Virus record (IMG/VR): IMGVR_UViG_3300041411_000080
Location: 1 to 64,000 of that record
Length of the DNA: 64,000 nucleotides
Reading direction: 5' to 3' (one strand)
Under the pieces are notes generated by a model. The model was not told the DNA's origin. It did not search any database and saw nothing but the letters and a program-made list of their open reading frames with translations. Of this stretch, positions 17,049-25,359 are shown piece by piece (the first letter of the stretch is position 1; every line of letters starts with the position of its first letter). Both the position numbers and the translations under genes were made by a program.

Positions 17049-17348
17049 TTAGCTACTCACTGTATTCCAATATTGTTCAGCCAGATTATCGACCGTTTCA
17101 GTATATGAAACTTTCAACAGTTGAACGTCTGGACCAACATGTCCGGGTGGTGGTACCAGATCCGTCTCAGTGTAGGTGATATCCATGAATCGCTCAACTA
17201 CCCCTAAGGCTCGAGCGATTGCCATTTCCATCATTTCTATTTCATCAGTATCCCCGCAGACTTCATTGATGACAGCTTCGGGGATCTTCCTAAGTTCACA
17301 CAATACAACTTGAACCATGCTGGGTTCAGGTACGTAAGTGTCGTCCAT
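17049..17348 (-). CDS. acidic protein, C-terminal-tag family (...QYWNTVSS)
   Basis: TAATG coupling; shared C-terminal motif. Confidence 0.8.
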   Translation of the reverse strand: MDDTYVPEPSMVQVVLCELRKIPEAVINEVCGDTDEIEMMEMAIARALGVVERFMDITYTETDLVPPPGHVGPDVQLLKVSYTETVDNLAEQYWNTVSS

Positions 17349-17677
17349 TAAGAACTCACTTGATCAAAGTAGGACTGCGCCAGATTCGCCTTGAGGCGGA
17401 TATCCACATGAACTTCTCCAGGGACTTCGGTCTTTTCGACGGAAGCTACGAAGCCGAGGAAGTTATCTTGAACTTCAGTCAGCGCGCTGCTCAAGGCATG
17501 ATCGATTGCTTTAGCAGCCGAACCTACCAGCAGGTCATGACCATCCAGACATTTGTCTTTAGCCAAATCACGCAGTGTATCCTTAAAAACCTCGATCGAG
17601 TCGGTACGAATCTTTACGAAGGTTTCGATTGGGTCAGTACCTTCAGTGATGATCTTTGGTTCAGTTGTTTGTTCCAT
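17348..17677 (-). CDS. acidic protein, C-terminal-tag family (...SYFDQVSS)
   Basis: TAATG coupling; shared C-terminal motif. Confidence 0.8.
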   Translation of the reverse strand: MEQTTEPKIITEGTDPIETFVKIRTDSIEVFKDTLRDLAKDKCLDGHDLLVGSAAKAIDHALSSALTEVQDNFLGFVASVEKTEVPGEVHVDIRLKANLAQSYFDQVSS

Positions 17678-17970
17678 TAAGAAGCCACCTCTTCGAAGTA
17701 CAGTGTAGACAGACCAGTAGAAATGCTCAGTTCAACCGAGACTTCTTCACCTTCGGAATCAGTAGCACTACCCGTAACCAGATCCGTATAACGTTCTTCG
17801 ACTACATCCAGAACCGCACCGACCAATTGATCAACACCTTTCTTAACTACGTCTTCTGGACTTTCAACACCATTGGCCATAGCCTGATGGAAGTCTTCGG
17901 ACATGAAGTAGTCCACCGCTTCGTTACGTTTCTCTTTGATTGCCGATACAAAATTGTCAACTTCGCTCAT
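17677..17970 (-). CDS. acidic protein, C-terminal-tag family (...LYFEEVAS)
   Basis: AGGTGA SD; shared C-terminal motif. Confidence 0.8.
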   Translation of the reverse strand: MSEVDNFVSAIKEKRNEAVDYFMSEDFHQAMANGVESPEDVVKKGVDQLVGAVLDVVEERYTDLVTGSATDSEGEEVSVELSISTGLSTLYFEEVAS

Positions 17971-17998
17971 ATGTCACCTGTCTATTAAAATGGTTTGG

Positions 17999-18094
17999 TT
18001 AGATGGAAACGGAATTCCACAACTCATAGAGTGGTTCAGTAATTGCTTCGGTAGGAGCTGTACGAGTAACCAGCTTGTCATCGAAGGCGTGCAT
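17999..18094 (-). CDS. 31-aa micropeptide, C-terminal-tag family (...ELWNSVSI)
   Basis: MHAFDDKLVTRTAPTEAITEPLYELWNSVSI; GAGGT SD. Confidence 0.65.
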   Translation of the reverse strand: MHAFDDKLVTRTAPTEAITEPLYELWNSVSI

Positions 18095-18101
18095 GTATAC
18101 C

Positions 18102-18350
18102 TCAATAGGAAAGCTTCAGGGGTTCCCAGAGCAACGCTAGCGGTGCATTAGGGTCAACGTACCATTGCCATACCCAGAAGCTACAGAACGCAATCAGGAA
18201 CACCCCAATGGCAATCTTACCATAGCGGTTAGATATACCGAAGATAGTTTCGATCTTGTACTTCTGTAGACGTGGGTGTTCGCCGAGGATCAACCAGAAA
18301 CCAGCAATGGTCCAACATACCACCAAGAAGAAAGTAAAGATATCCATCAA
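18102..18350 (-). CDS. two-TM membrane protein (82 aa)
   Basis: two hydrophobic helices. Confidence 0.75.
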   Translation of the reverse strand: MMDIFTFFLVVCWTIAGFWLILGEHPRLQKYKIETIFGISNRYGKIAIGVFLIAFCSFWVWQWYVDPNAPLALLWEPLKLSY

Positions 18351-18892
18351 GCTACGTCCTTCACGGTGGTAACACCAGCTTTAACCATCTGACGATACAT
18401 TTTCATCTTAGCTGCTTTCTGTTCTGCATTTCGGGCCTTGATCCAATCACCATACTTCGCAAGGGATTCTCTGGATGGGGTAACGAACTGGCCCATCTCC
18501 AGAATGAAGTTGCGGGTAAAGAAATTCCGCCAGCCAGCGAAACCACGGTAAGCGCCTAGTACCGAGTTACCGGACCAGTTCTCACGGATCGCATTAACCA
18601 GCAACGTACCCACACCTTTACCACGCCAGTGCGGTAATACGTAAAACTCACAGGTCTTCTCTTTAGGGTAGTAGAATGCATACCCCACCAGAGCACCAGT
18701 TTCAGTGTTAACTTTGGCGATATGGAAAGGTGTTTCGAACTTACCCTTTTGGTCGAAGTATTCCAGTTCAACCATCAAAATCGATTTAACGAAACCCAGT
18801 GGTTCATAGACACTCATGAGGTCAAGCAGACGAAGGAATCTGTTCTTCTCCTTGGTGTCAGTATGTTCGATCAGTGTAGTAATGTAGGTCAT
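18347..18892 (-). CDS. GNAT-family N-acetyltransferase
   Basis: acetyl-CoA motif A FYVLPHWRGKGVGTLLVNAI. Confidence 0.75.
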   Translation of the reverse strand: MTYITTLIEHTDTKEKNRFLRLLDLMSVYEPLGFVKSILMVELEYFDQKGKFETPFHIAKVNTETGALVGYAFYYPKEKTCEFYVLPHWRGKGVGTLLVNAIRENWSGNSVLGAYRGFAGWRNFFTRNFILEMGQFVTPSRESLAKYGDWIKARNAEQKAAKMKMYRQMVKAGVTTVKDVA

Positions 18893-19266
18893 GAATTTAC
18901 ATCATCCCAAAGAGTGGTTACGTAGTCGTTGAATGTGTGGGCGGCTCCATGAGCAATCAGTCCCGGAGCGTTCTCAGAACACAGGCCAAGGAAGTTCTCA
19001 TGTAGATTGACGTGGGCAGCCATGTAACTGCAAGCAAAGTTCACACCTTCGCCAATGCATGCTTTAACTACTTTCAGTTGCTGAGGTGTCATATCCGTGT
19101 AAGCTTGAATTAGCTTATTCATCCCATAGTCAACACCATCGACCATGCTTTTATGGATGCTTTCACGAGTCTGGGTTTCAAGTAATTCCATTGCTAGACT
19201 TACTTCAGTGGACACATGAATCAACTCGTCGATTTCTTGCCCACTCGGAACCTGTGCCGTTTTCAT
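18889..19266 (-). CDS. acidic protein, C-terminal-tag family (...TLWDDVNS)
   Basis: ORF tiles; shared C-terminal motif. Confidence 0.8.
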   Translation of the reverse strand: MKTAQVPSGQEIDELIHVSTEVSLAMELLETQTRESIHKSMVDGVDYGMNKLIQAYTDMTPQQLKVVKACIGEGVNFACSYMAAHVNLHENFLGLCSENAPGLIAHGAAHTFNDYVTTLWDDVNS

Positions 19267-19269
19267 AGG

Positions 19270-19611
19270 TTACACCCGTTCGACCTTACGGAACTTGATC
19301 AGGGCACTACCAATGACTACACCTGTTTCCATGTTAGTCAGTACGCCATAGGTTTGAAATGGTGGTTCACCGCTGCCATCGATCTTAGACCGTGCATCGA
19401 ATACACCAGTAGCTTCGACTGGATCAACGTATAGGAAATGTCGACCTTCGTACTCTTTAGGGATTTGTTCCCCAAGCGGCCAGACTGTAAACAACAGCTT
19501 GTTTTCGTACCAACCTTTAAAAGACAGTTGGACTACAGTGCCATAAGCTGGAAGATGGTCAGCCTCCAGTATAGGGAACTCAGCTGTATAACGTTCGTGT
19601 GGTTTAAACAT
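19270..19611 (-). CDS. hypothetical protein (113 aa)
   Basis: ORF tiles; AAGGA SD. Confidence 0.75.
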   Translation of the reverse strand: MFKPHERYTAEFPILEADHLPAYGTVVQLSFKGWYENKLLFTVWPLGEQIPKEYEGRHFLYVDPVEATGVFDARSKIDGSGEPPFQTYGVLTNMETGVVIGSALIKFRKVERV

Positions 19612-19848
19612 TTAATCTTCCTTAGGGATTAGCAGCTTCCAGCTATCGAGGTCTTTTACCTCACGCCAGTTCCACGAATCCTTTACAACGGTTAGGATTT
19701 TCTGAGCAGCTTCTTCGATAGTGGTTTCAACTGGACGCCACCATCCAGTACTACAACCTGCTGTGCCTGAACTGGTTTCATTTTGTTGTTGGTAAGCGAT
19801 ACTCAAGTTGAGTACATTATTTTCGGATACCCACCATTCGGCTCTCAT
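19612..19848 (-). CDS. hypothetical protein (78 aa)
   Basis: ATGA coupling. Confidence 0.75.
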   Translation of the reverse strand: MRAEWWVSENNVLNLSIAYQQQNETSSGTAGCSTGWWRPVETTIEEAAQKILTVVKDSWNWREVKDLDSWKLLIPKED

Positions 19849-20099
19849 GTACTTACCTCAGACCAATAGCGATTACATTCGATAGCAATCCCCTTACACC
19901 AGTGTGGATCACCATTAGATTCACATACACCAATAGCCTTCAACTCGAAGAGACCTTCAATAGCATCGGTCGTACGTAAGATTGCAGCTTCGATCAGCTG
20001 GGTCGGTGTAAGCTTGGGGCTATCTTTTATTAGCTCGTCACGAATACTATCCAGCTCGCCAAACGCCGTGTGTAACACATCTTGCTCTAGGCTAGCCAT
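19845..20099 (-). CDS. acidic protein, C-terminal-tag family (...RYWSEVST)
   Basis: TAATG coupling; shared C-terminal motif. Confidence 0.8.
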   Translation of the reverse strand: MASLEQDVLHTAFGELDSIRDELIKDSPKLTPTQLIEAAILRTTDAIEGLFELKAIGVCESNGDPHWCKGIAIECNRYWSEVST

Positions 20100-20455
20100 T
20101 ATGAATTCACCAATGCCCAGTAAGCCTCAAGTCCTTGGCCGAAGTCAGCGAACTCGCGGTGATCGATGTAGTTAGCTCCGGCTGCGATTGCCTCTTCTTT
20201 ATCCTCAGGTGGATCATACGCAATCAGGTTAACAGCAGGGAAGTGTTCACTGTTGCCATCCAGAATACCGAGAACACCACCGATGATCTTATTGGCTACT
20301 GCGGTGTCACGCGCAGCTGAATCCTCATAGGCATCCAGATAAGGATCTTGCAGAGCTTCGTCACGCATCTCTTTCAATGCGTATACGAATTGGTCACGTG
20401 CTTCACCCACAGTTACTGGACGAGGTTTGCCATTACCTTCAAAATAAATACTCAT
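20099..20455 (-). CDS. acidic protein, C-terminal-tag family (...AYWALVNS)
   Basis: ATGA coupling; GVLGILDGNSEHFPAVNL core. Confidence 0.8.
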   Translation of the reverse strand: MSIYFEGNGKPRPVTVGEARDQFVYALKEMRDEALQDPYLDAYEDSAARDTAVANKIIGGVLGILDGNSEHFPAVNLIAYDPPEDKEEAIAAGANYIDHREFADFGQGLEAYWALVNS

Positions 20456-20886
20456 AGATCTCCACCCATTGCTAGTAAAATGATTTTATTGCCTTCATCG
20501 TCATCATGGGATTTGATAACGAGGTCAAAGTTTTCTGGACGTTCGCTGGAATAATGGATTGGCGGGAAGTTCATGACAAAGAAACGATCACGTCCCGTCT
20601 TAATAATCCTTACTCTTCGGTCGTACCACATGTCGGGATACATGTTGTAGTCGGTGATAACCTCTACCTGCCATTGTCCCGCCAACTCACTGGTCGTAAG
20701 ATTTCTCAGTTGTAACGTCCACAGTACCTTTGCACTAGGGCATTGGATTAGACCCTGTCTATTAAAGGGCACCTTAATGCGTGGGTTACACAGGAGATAC
20801 TTTCGCATCTTACGTTTGAATAGCCCGGTGAACCACTCCTTACCTAGCCTACGCTTGAGTACAAGTGGGCTGTTATCAAAATGCAT
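20452..20886 (-). CDS. hypothetical protein (144 aa)
   Basis: ORF tiles. Confidence 0.75.
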   Translation of the reverse strand: MHFDNSPLVLKRRLGKEWFTGLFKRKMRKYLLCNPRIKVPFNRQGLIQCPSAKVLWTLQLRNLTTSELAGQWQVEVITDYNMYPDMWYDRRVRIIKTGRDRFFVMNFPPIHYSSERPENFDLVIKSHDDDEGNKIILLAMGGDL

Positions 20887-20887
20887 G

Positions 20888-21352
20888 TTACACCTTAGGG
20901 TTAAAAGTTATATGGTGCGGTGCTTCCAACCGGTTCAGTGCTTCGTAGATCTGGAAATCGAGCTGATCATCACTTTCATCAATCCCCAGATCTTCTACGT
21001 ACATGTAACCTTCTTGCACGATAGACGAGTGGGTTGGACTGTGGGTCATGTCAGCTGTAGGGCAAACCAGAAACAGATCTAGTTCTTCAGCACTGTGGTC
21101 GTCTTCTACAACACCGAGGTTGTACAACGACATGTTAGACACTGCTGGAGCATCTGAGCTGAACATCTTCTCGATGGCATCTACTGGAGTACCGATTGTC
21201 TTCAGTACATCGGGCTGCACCAATACGAACGAAGCGTACAACGGTGGTTCATCAGCGCGCGGTACGATAGTTACGATTGGATAAACAGCTAGATGCCAAC
21301 CATCGCTATTGTCGTAGATCCAGTTACCGTGGATGACTGCCTTCTCTCTCAT
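20888..21352 (-). CDS. hypothetical acidic protein (154 aa)
   Basis: first gene after an early promoter. Confidence 0.75.
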   Translation of the reverse strand: MREKAVIHGNWIYDNSDGWHLAVYPIVTIVPRADEPPLYASFVLVQPDVLKTIGTPVDAIEKMFSSDAPAVSNMSLYNLGVVEDDHSAEELDLFLVCPTADMTHSPTHSSIVQEGYMYVEDLGIDESDDQLDFQIYEALNRLEAPHHITFNPKV

Positions 21353-21364
21353 TGTATTACCCTA

Positions 21365-21385
21365 GTGATATAAATGTGAAATAAA
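21365..21385 (-). promoter_or_regulatory. phiKZ-type early promoter
   Basis: TTTATTTCACATTTATATCAC. Confidence 0.75.
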
Positions 21386-21390
21386 ATGAA

Positions 21391-21747
21391 TTAGAGCGCT
21401 TGACCGATGTTAGCCAAGCACGCTTCATTTACAGTACTCAGGATCTGTTCGTCCTTAAAACCTTTATGGACGTTCTTCATCAGGTCCAGTACGATGACTT
21501 GAGTATAGACCTTTGCCCCTTCTGAACCATTCCAATAGTTGGAAGGTTGGTTATTCAGCTTACTCATTACATCGAACTGAGTCTTACCAGCACGGAAGTC
21601 CGTTAGGACCTCCTGTGCGGCTTTATGAACGACTTTACAAGCCGGTCCGTTCAATGTTACGGCATTTGCATAAGAAGGCGTACAGCCTACGAAGGCAAGG
21701 ATTATGAGAGCAGCAAATATCTTACGCAGCATGTAGTATGTCTCCAT
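21391..21747 (-). CDS. secreted/periplasmic helical protein with a Cys pair
   Basis: signal peptide MLRKIFAALIILAFVGCTPSYANA; C...G and C-terminal C. Confidence 0.7.
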   Translation of the reverse strand: METYYMLRKIFAALIILAFVGCTPSYANAVTLNGPACKVVHKAAQEVLTDFRAGKTQFDVMSKLNNQPSNYWNGSEGAKVYTQVIVLDLMKNVHKGFKDEQILSTVNEACLANIGQAL

Positions 21748-22345
21748 TGCGTGAACGCAGTTCGTTGAGAAGCGTCATGTGAATCGATCCAATGACTGGA
21801 TGACTCGGACGATAGAACAGAATGTCCGAACGGTGGCGCCGAATCACGTTCTGGTAAATTTGATCAGGTTTCTCACCTGGGCGAATACCTTCGAAGGCTT
21901 CCAGTACATAAATCAGCTCGTAGATATTCATGACCATGTGAATGTCACTAAGCTCAGGGCCGGGCATCCCATTTTCTTTTTGGGTGATTTGTCGGAAGTT
22001 ATGCATGATCTTAGGAATCGTTGCACTGTCCAGAGTGTTAGTCATGTCAAGCCAGTTCTTGAACTGGAATGGTGTATAAGAAACACTGGAGATACACTTG
22101 ATCAACATTGCACTGGAGACCATCGAAGGCGAACCGTCAAACAGTGCCATGATAGCGCCTATAGCAAAGCAAGCATCCCAAGGACGGGATACTCGACCGA
22201 AGTCTGCCATGGCATCGATAGACTTAGCTCCGATAACCATGTTGGCTGCTGCACGGATAGAACCACGATCAGGCAAGTTACCTACAGTGTAACCTTTGGT
22301 CAATGCCAGTTGACGAATCTTGGCAATCAGTTCATTGTCGTTCAT
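21722..22345 (-). CDS. hypothetical protein (207 aa)
   Basis: ORF tiles. Confidence 0.8.
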   Translation of the reverse strand: MNDNELIAKIRQLALTKGYTVGNLPDRGSIRAAANMVIGAKSIDAMADFGRVSRPWDACFAIGAIMALFDGSPSMVSSAMLIKCISSVSYTPFQFKNWLDMTNTLDSATIPKIMHNFRQITQKENGMPGPELSDIHMVMNIYELIYVLEAFEGIRPGEKPDQIYQNVIRRHRSDILFYRPSHPVIGSIHMTLLNELRSRNGDILHAA

Positions 22346-22881
22346 TCAAAAATATCCTTACGTACGGCCCGGAGGAAACGATCTTTCTTATCGATGAAGA
22401 TACCACGACAACCAGTTTGGACTTCTTCATCAGAGTAAGTAACGGTAAAGGCAGGATCATCCAGACTAAGGGTGATCTCTTTATTCCGCCAACCACAGAC
22501 ATAACGGAGCCCCTTCAACGGGTGCCCTTGTTCAGTCACGGTAAACATCAACCAGACCAGATCCTTAACTTCTTCGAGGACCATGGTATTGGTTTCAGCA
22601 GTAATCTTCATCGGGGTCGGACGAATCACATCCAGACCAACGGAAGTCATCCCATCGATCATGTTCATCGCAACCGGCATAATGGTGGGTTGATACCCAT
22701 CCAAGTTAAAGGTGTGATCGTCGAAGGTTTGTAGACGACTGAGGAAGACTTCTTCACCCAGTCGATCTACCATGTAACCTGACCACATCTCGAACATTGT
22801 TTCCAGATCGTCAGCCATGGAGATAGCATTACGCGCTCCGGTGACACTCTGTGACATCAATCTCTCGATAGTGCGATCCAT
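22342..22881 (-). CDS. hypothetical protein (179 aa)
   Basis: GGAG SD. Confidence 0.8.
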   Translation of the reverse strand: MDRTIERLMSQSVTGARNAISMADDLETMFEMWSGYMVDRLGEEVFLSRLQTFDDHTFNLDGYQPTIMPVAMNMIDGMTSVGLDVIRPTPMKITAETNTMVLEEVKDLVWLMFTVTEQGHPLKGLRYVCGWRNKEITLSLDDPAFTVTYSDEEVQTGCRGIFIDKKDRFLRAVRKDIFE

Positions 22882-22883
22882 AG

Positions 22884-23324
22884 TTACTCCATTACTGCAA
22901 GGTTAGCGGCAACACTCTCAGTAGCAAGACTGATAGCATATTCGAATTCAATTGAAGTAGTCTTGCGTTGTTCTTCATCTACCGATTCATCAGTTAAGTA
23001 ATCAATCAGTACATGTGGACTCCGATCAGGGGAATCGTCTTGCAGTACCAGAAGACTTTCCTGTGACAACATCACGCCGAAGTTGTAGTTCTGGCAGAAT
23101 AGGAACTTGCGTGGACCTACATCTACTTGAATCGTTGCACGCGACTTCTGCTTACTGTCACCGATGAAATCGTGTGAGTAAGTAATGCCTTCAGCTTGAG
23201 TAACAACTAATGGTTTAAACTCGTTAAACTTACTGCGGTGAATACCACGATCGTACACCGCACGGAACAACTCACCCAGCTGACGTTGTAATAGTTCCGT
23301 ATGAATTCTTGGTTGATTGCTCAT
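22884..23324 (-). CDS. hypothetical protein (146 aa)
   Basis: GGAG SD. Confidence 0.8.
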   Translation of the reverse strand: MSNQPRIHTELLQRQLGELFRAVYDRGIHRSKFNEFKPLVVTQAEGITYSHDFIGDSKQKSRATIQVDVGPRKFLFCQNYNFGVMLSQESLLVLQDDSPDRSPHVLIDYLTDESVDEEQRKTTSIEFEYAISLATESVAANLAVME

Positions 23325-23427
23325 TGGGTTGCTCCAAATGATGATTTGTAATTACGGTCCGGTTTAGAGCGTAACCGAGACCGATTGTAAGAAACGTTGA
23401 CAGAACAAGGCTTGCGAAGATTTTCAT
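23272..23427 (-). CDS. tentative 51-aa signal-anchored microprotein
   Basis: MKIFASLVLSTFLTIGLGYAL...; fills the gap but has a weak SD and a 53-nt overlap. Confidence 0.35.
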   Translation of the reverse strand: MKIFASLVLSTFLTIGLGYALNRTVITNHHLEQPNEQSTKNSYGTITTSAG

Positions 23428-23446
23428 ATTCGACTCACGGCTAAAT

Positions 23447-23466
23447 GGAGGGGTGTAGTCCCCTCC
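23447..23466 (-). terminator. hairpin, probable terminator
   Basis: GGAGGGG-tgtagt-CCCCTCC after the 23471 stop. Confidence 0.6.
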
Positions 23467-23470
23467 TTTA

Positions 23471-24106
23471 TTAGTTGCTTTGACGTTGACGACGTACGGT
23501 TTCTTTGAAGGTCAAACGTTCAGCATCTGGATCACTATACTTTTCTTCGAACTGGTACATGTCGGTACTGGAGTACATACGGAAGCCAGCATCATGGATC
23601 TTGATCTTACCTTGAACTACATAAGCTTGCAGTGCAGCGCGAAGAGCGATCGTTGCTTCTTCCTGCCAGTTAGCTTTACGCATCTCATCGGTATACATGA
23701 CCTTGAGATCTGGCATTGGAGGGAACTCAAGTTCATCCATTACTTCCACCAACAACAGTTGGTCAGGCAGATCGGTGTTGGAGTAGATGATCCGTGGGAA
23801 CACAACAAAGAACTGGCCTACGTTGTAAGTATCTGGACCGCTGATCATGGTCTGGAAAACGTATTGACGTTGAGCTTCAAGTTCTTCGATGGTGTTTGGG
23901 ATACCATGCTTGGTCAGCCATTCCAAACCCAGTGGATGGTCATACTTGCGTTCTGGCTCAGGGGTGAACTCACCGGTATTAACTGCCACGTCGTTATACG
24001 CTTCTTTAGCGAACAGAGTTTGCAGTTCTTTCGGGAGAGTCTGCACCAGACGGAACACTTGGTTCGGTGAAACTTTGGTACGTTGTACTGGAACTTCAGT
24101 GGTCAT
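23471..24106 (-). CDS. hypothetical protein (211 aa)
   Basis: AAGGT SD. Confidence 0.8.
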   Translation of the reverse strand: MTTEVPVQRTKVSPNQVFRLVQTLPKELQTLFAKEAYNDVAVNTGEFTPEPERKYDHPLGLEWLTKHGIPNTIEELEAQRQYVFQTMISGPDTYNVGQFFVVFPRIIYSNTDLPDQLLLVEVMDELEFPPMPDLKVMYTDEMRKANWQEEATIALRAALQAYVVQGKIKIHDAGFRMYSSTDMYQFEEKYSDPDAERLTFKETVRRQRQSN

Positions 24107-24142
24107 GGAATTACCTTATTTAGATTGAATGTGTATTGCAGA

Positions 24143-24562
24143 TCATTTGGATTGTGGGTAGACTTTCTCTTCCTCATTAATCCATCGAGCTTTATAACCC
24201 TTAGACCTTACGTAGAAAATGTCTGTGTCTAGAAAGAATGGGTGAACTCGTTCGGTGAATTGAACGTAGCTTTCAGACTCATTCATAGCGGCTGCTTTCT
24301 TAGCAGCTTTACAGTTACCACGTGTCCACCAGAAAGGATGGTTAGGTTCCTTGCCTGGATCATTATTTACGTCTTGGAGAATATAACGAGCCTTGATGAC
24401 GTAAGCCTTTGGGCAGAAGAAATACTGGAACCATCCGAAGATAAGGATGTGTAGTAACCAGAAGAGCATCAACATCGCACAGAACGCAAATGTCTGCCAA
24501 TGATGATAGTATTTATTCTTGAGGCGATACCACCGGGTATCCCATGGATATTTTTGTGACAT
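24143..24562 (-). CDS. membrane-anchored hypothetical protein (139 aa, start MSQKY)
   Basis: GAGGA SD; TM segment FAFCAMLMLFWLLHILIFGWF. Confidence 0.75.
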   Translation of the reverse strand: MSQKYPWDTRWYRLKNKYYHHWQTFAFCAMLMLFWLLHILIFGWFQYFFCPKAYVIKARYILQDVNNDPGKEPNHPFWWTRGNCKAAKKAAAMNESESYVQFTERVHPFFLDTDIFYVRSKGYKARWINEEEKVYPQSK

Positions 24563-24575
24563 TGTAGTTTCCTCG

Positions 24576-24608
24576 AGACAAAATAAAAAAGAGTCCCCGA
24601 AGGGACTC
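24576..24608. repeat. 33-bp exact repeat, copy 1 (copy 2 at 45405..45437)
   Basis: AGACAAAATAAAAAAGAGTCCCCGAAGGGACTC. Confidence 0.85.
24591..24608 (-). terminator. intrinsic terminator, cUUCGg loop
   Basis: GAGTCCC-TTCG-GGGACTC-TTTTTTATTTT; identical to 45420. Confidence 0.85.
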
Positions 24609-24684
24609 ATTTGTGTAGATCAAGCAACCATTCACCATAGCTCTTTTTATAGCCATGGATAACAGCTGCTTCATAAGCACTCAT
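24607..24684 (-). CDS. 25-aa micropeptide MSAYEAAVIHGYKKSYGEWLLDLHK
   Basis: ATGA overlap with the upstream micro-ORF; SAYE.A...G....EWL motif. Confidence 0.6.
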   Translation of the reverse strand: MSAYEAAVIHGYKKSYGEWLLDLHK

Positions 24685-24731
24685 ATCCAATCTTCTTCAC
24701 GAGTGATTATGTCTGGGCGTTCATCATTCAT
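24681..24731 (-). CDS. 16-aa micropeptide MNDERPDIITREEDWI
   Basis: ATGA overlaps on both sides; GAGGA upstream. Confidence 0.5.
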   Translation of the reverse strand: MNDERPDIITREEDWI

Positions 24732-24766
24732 ACCCATTCCTCTTCAGATGTCTGGACGTACGTCAT
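24728..24766 (-). CDS. 12-aa micropeptide MTYVQTSEEEWV
   Basis: ATG 2 nt after the upstream TAA; AAGGT SD; ATGA overlap downstream. Confidence 0.5.
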   Translation of the reverse strand: MTYVQTSEEEWV

Positions 24767-24768
24767 GG

Positions 24769-24939
24769 TTAGATACCTTCGTATTCATCGCGAATACCCT
24801 CTCCTACACCACTGATGCCCCCACCCACTCCGATGCTATCGCCGAAGCCAGTGATTTCTTCACAGCCAATTTCTTGACTGCCGATAAGCAGATACATTTC
24901 TTTCATAGCAATTACCTCATGGTTGATTGTACATACCAT
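24769..24939 (-). CDS. small Gly/acidic protein (56 aa; alternative start 24906 gives 45 aa)
   Basis: TAATG coupling; GAGGT SD for the internal ATG. Confidence 0.6.
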   Translation of the reverse strand: MVCTINHEVIAMKEMYLLIGSQEIGCEEITGFGDSIGVGGGISGVGEGIRDEYEGI

Positions 24940-25172
24940 TAGGCGACCAGTTCTTTTAACCGGACTGGGTCCCAAGGAGTGCGTCCTTCCAACATCAGTT
25001 CACGTTCACTGAGTTCAGCTACGGGCTTACGACCTTCAGCTTTACGCCAAGCCTTATCGAGGTCCTCCACATGCTTATCAAGCTCTTTGGACTTCTTCTC
25101 AGTAGCCAATTCGAAGCCAGTGGTGCCAGGCTGCATCCACAACCCGCTTTTATGCCGTATTGCCTTAGCCAT
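24939..25172 (-). CDS. hypothetical protein (77 aa)
   Basis: GAGGA SD. Confidence 0.75.
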   Translation of the reverse strand: MAKAIRHKSGLWMQPGTTGFELATEKKSKELDKHVEDLDKAWRKAEGRKPVAELSERELMLEGRTPWDPVRLKELVA

Positions 25173-25353
25173 GTATTAATCCTCTTACGATTTCTTCAGG
25201 GGACGGACCCTTGTGTAATTCTGCTGGGTGGAACCGGTCTCGGATAAATTGACGACGTTGCTTACCCGTCAATCCGCGTGGAAAGCTAACTATCCCTGAG
25301 TCGATAGAAGCTTTCATTCGAGTCAGATCAAAGTTGAAGCTACCTTTAGTCAT
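25165..25353 (-). CDS. hypothetical protein (62 aa)
   Basis: ORF tiles. Confidence 0.7.
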   Translation of the reverse strand: MTKGSFNFDLTRMKASIDSGIVSFPRGLTGKQRRQFIRDRFHPAELHKGPSPEEIVRGLIHG

Positions 25354-25359
25354 GGCACA

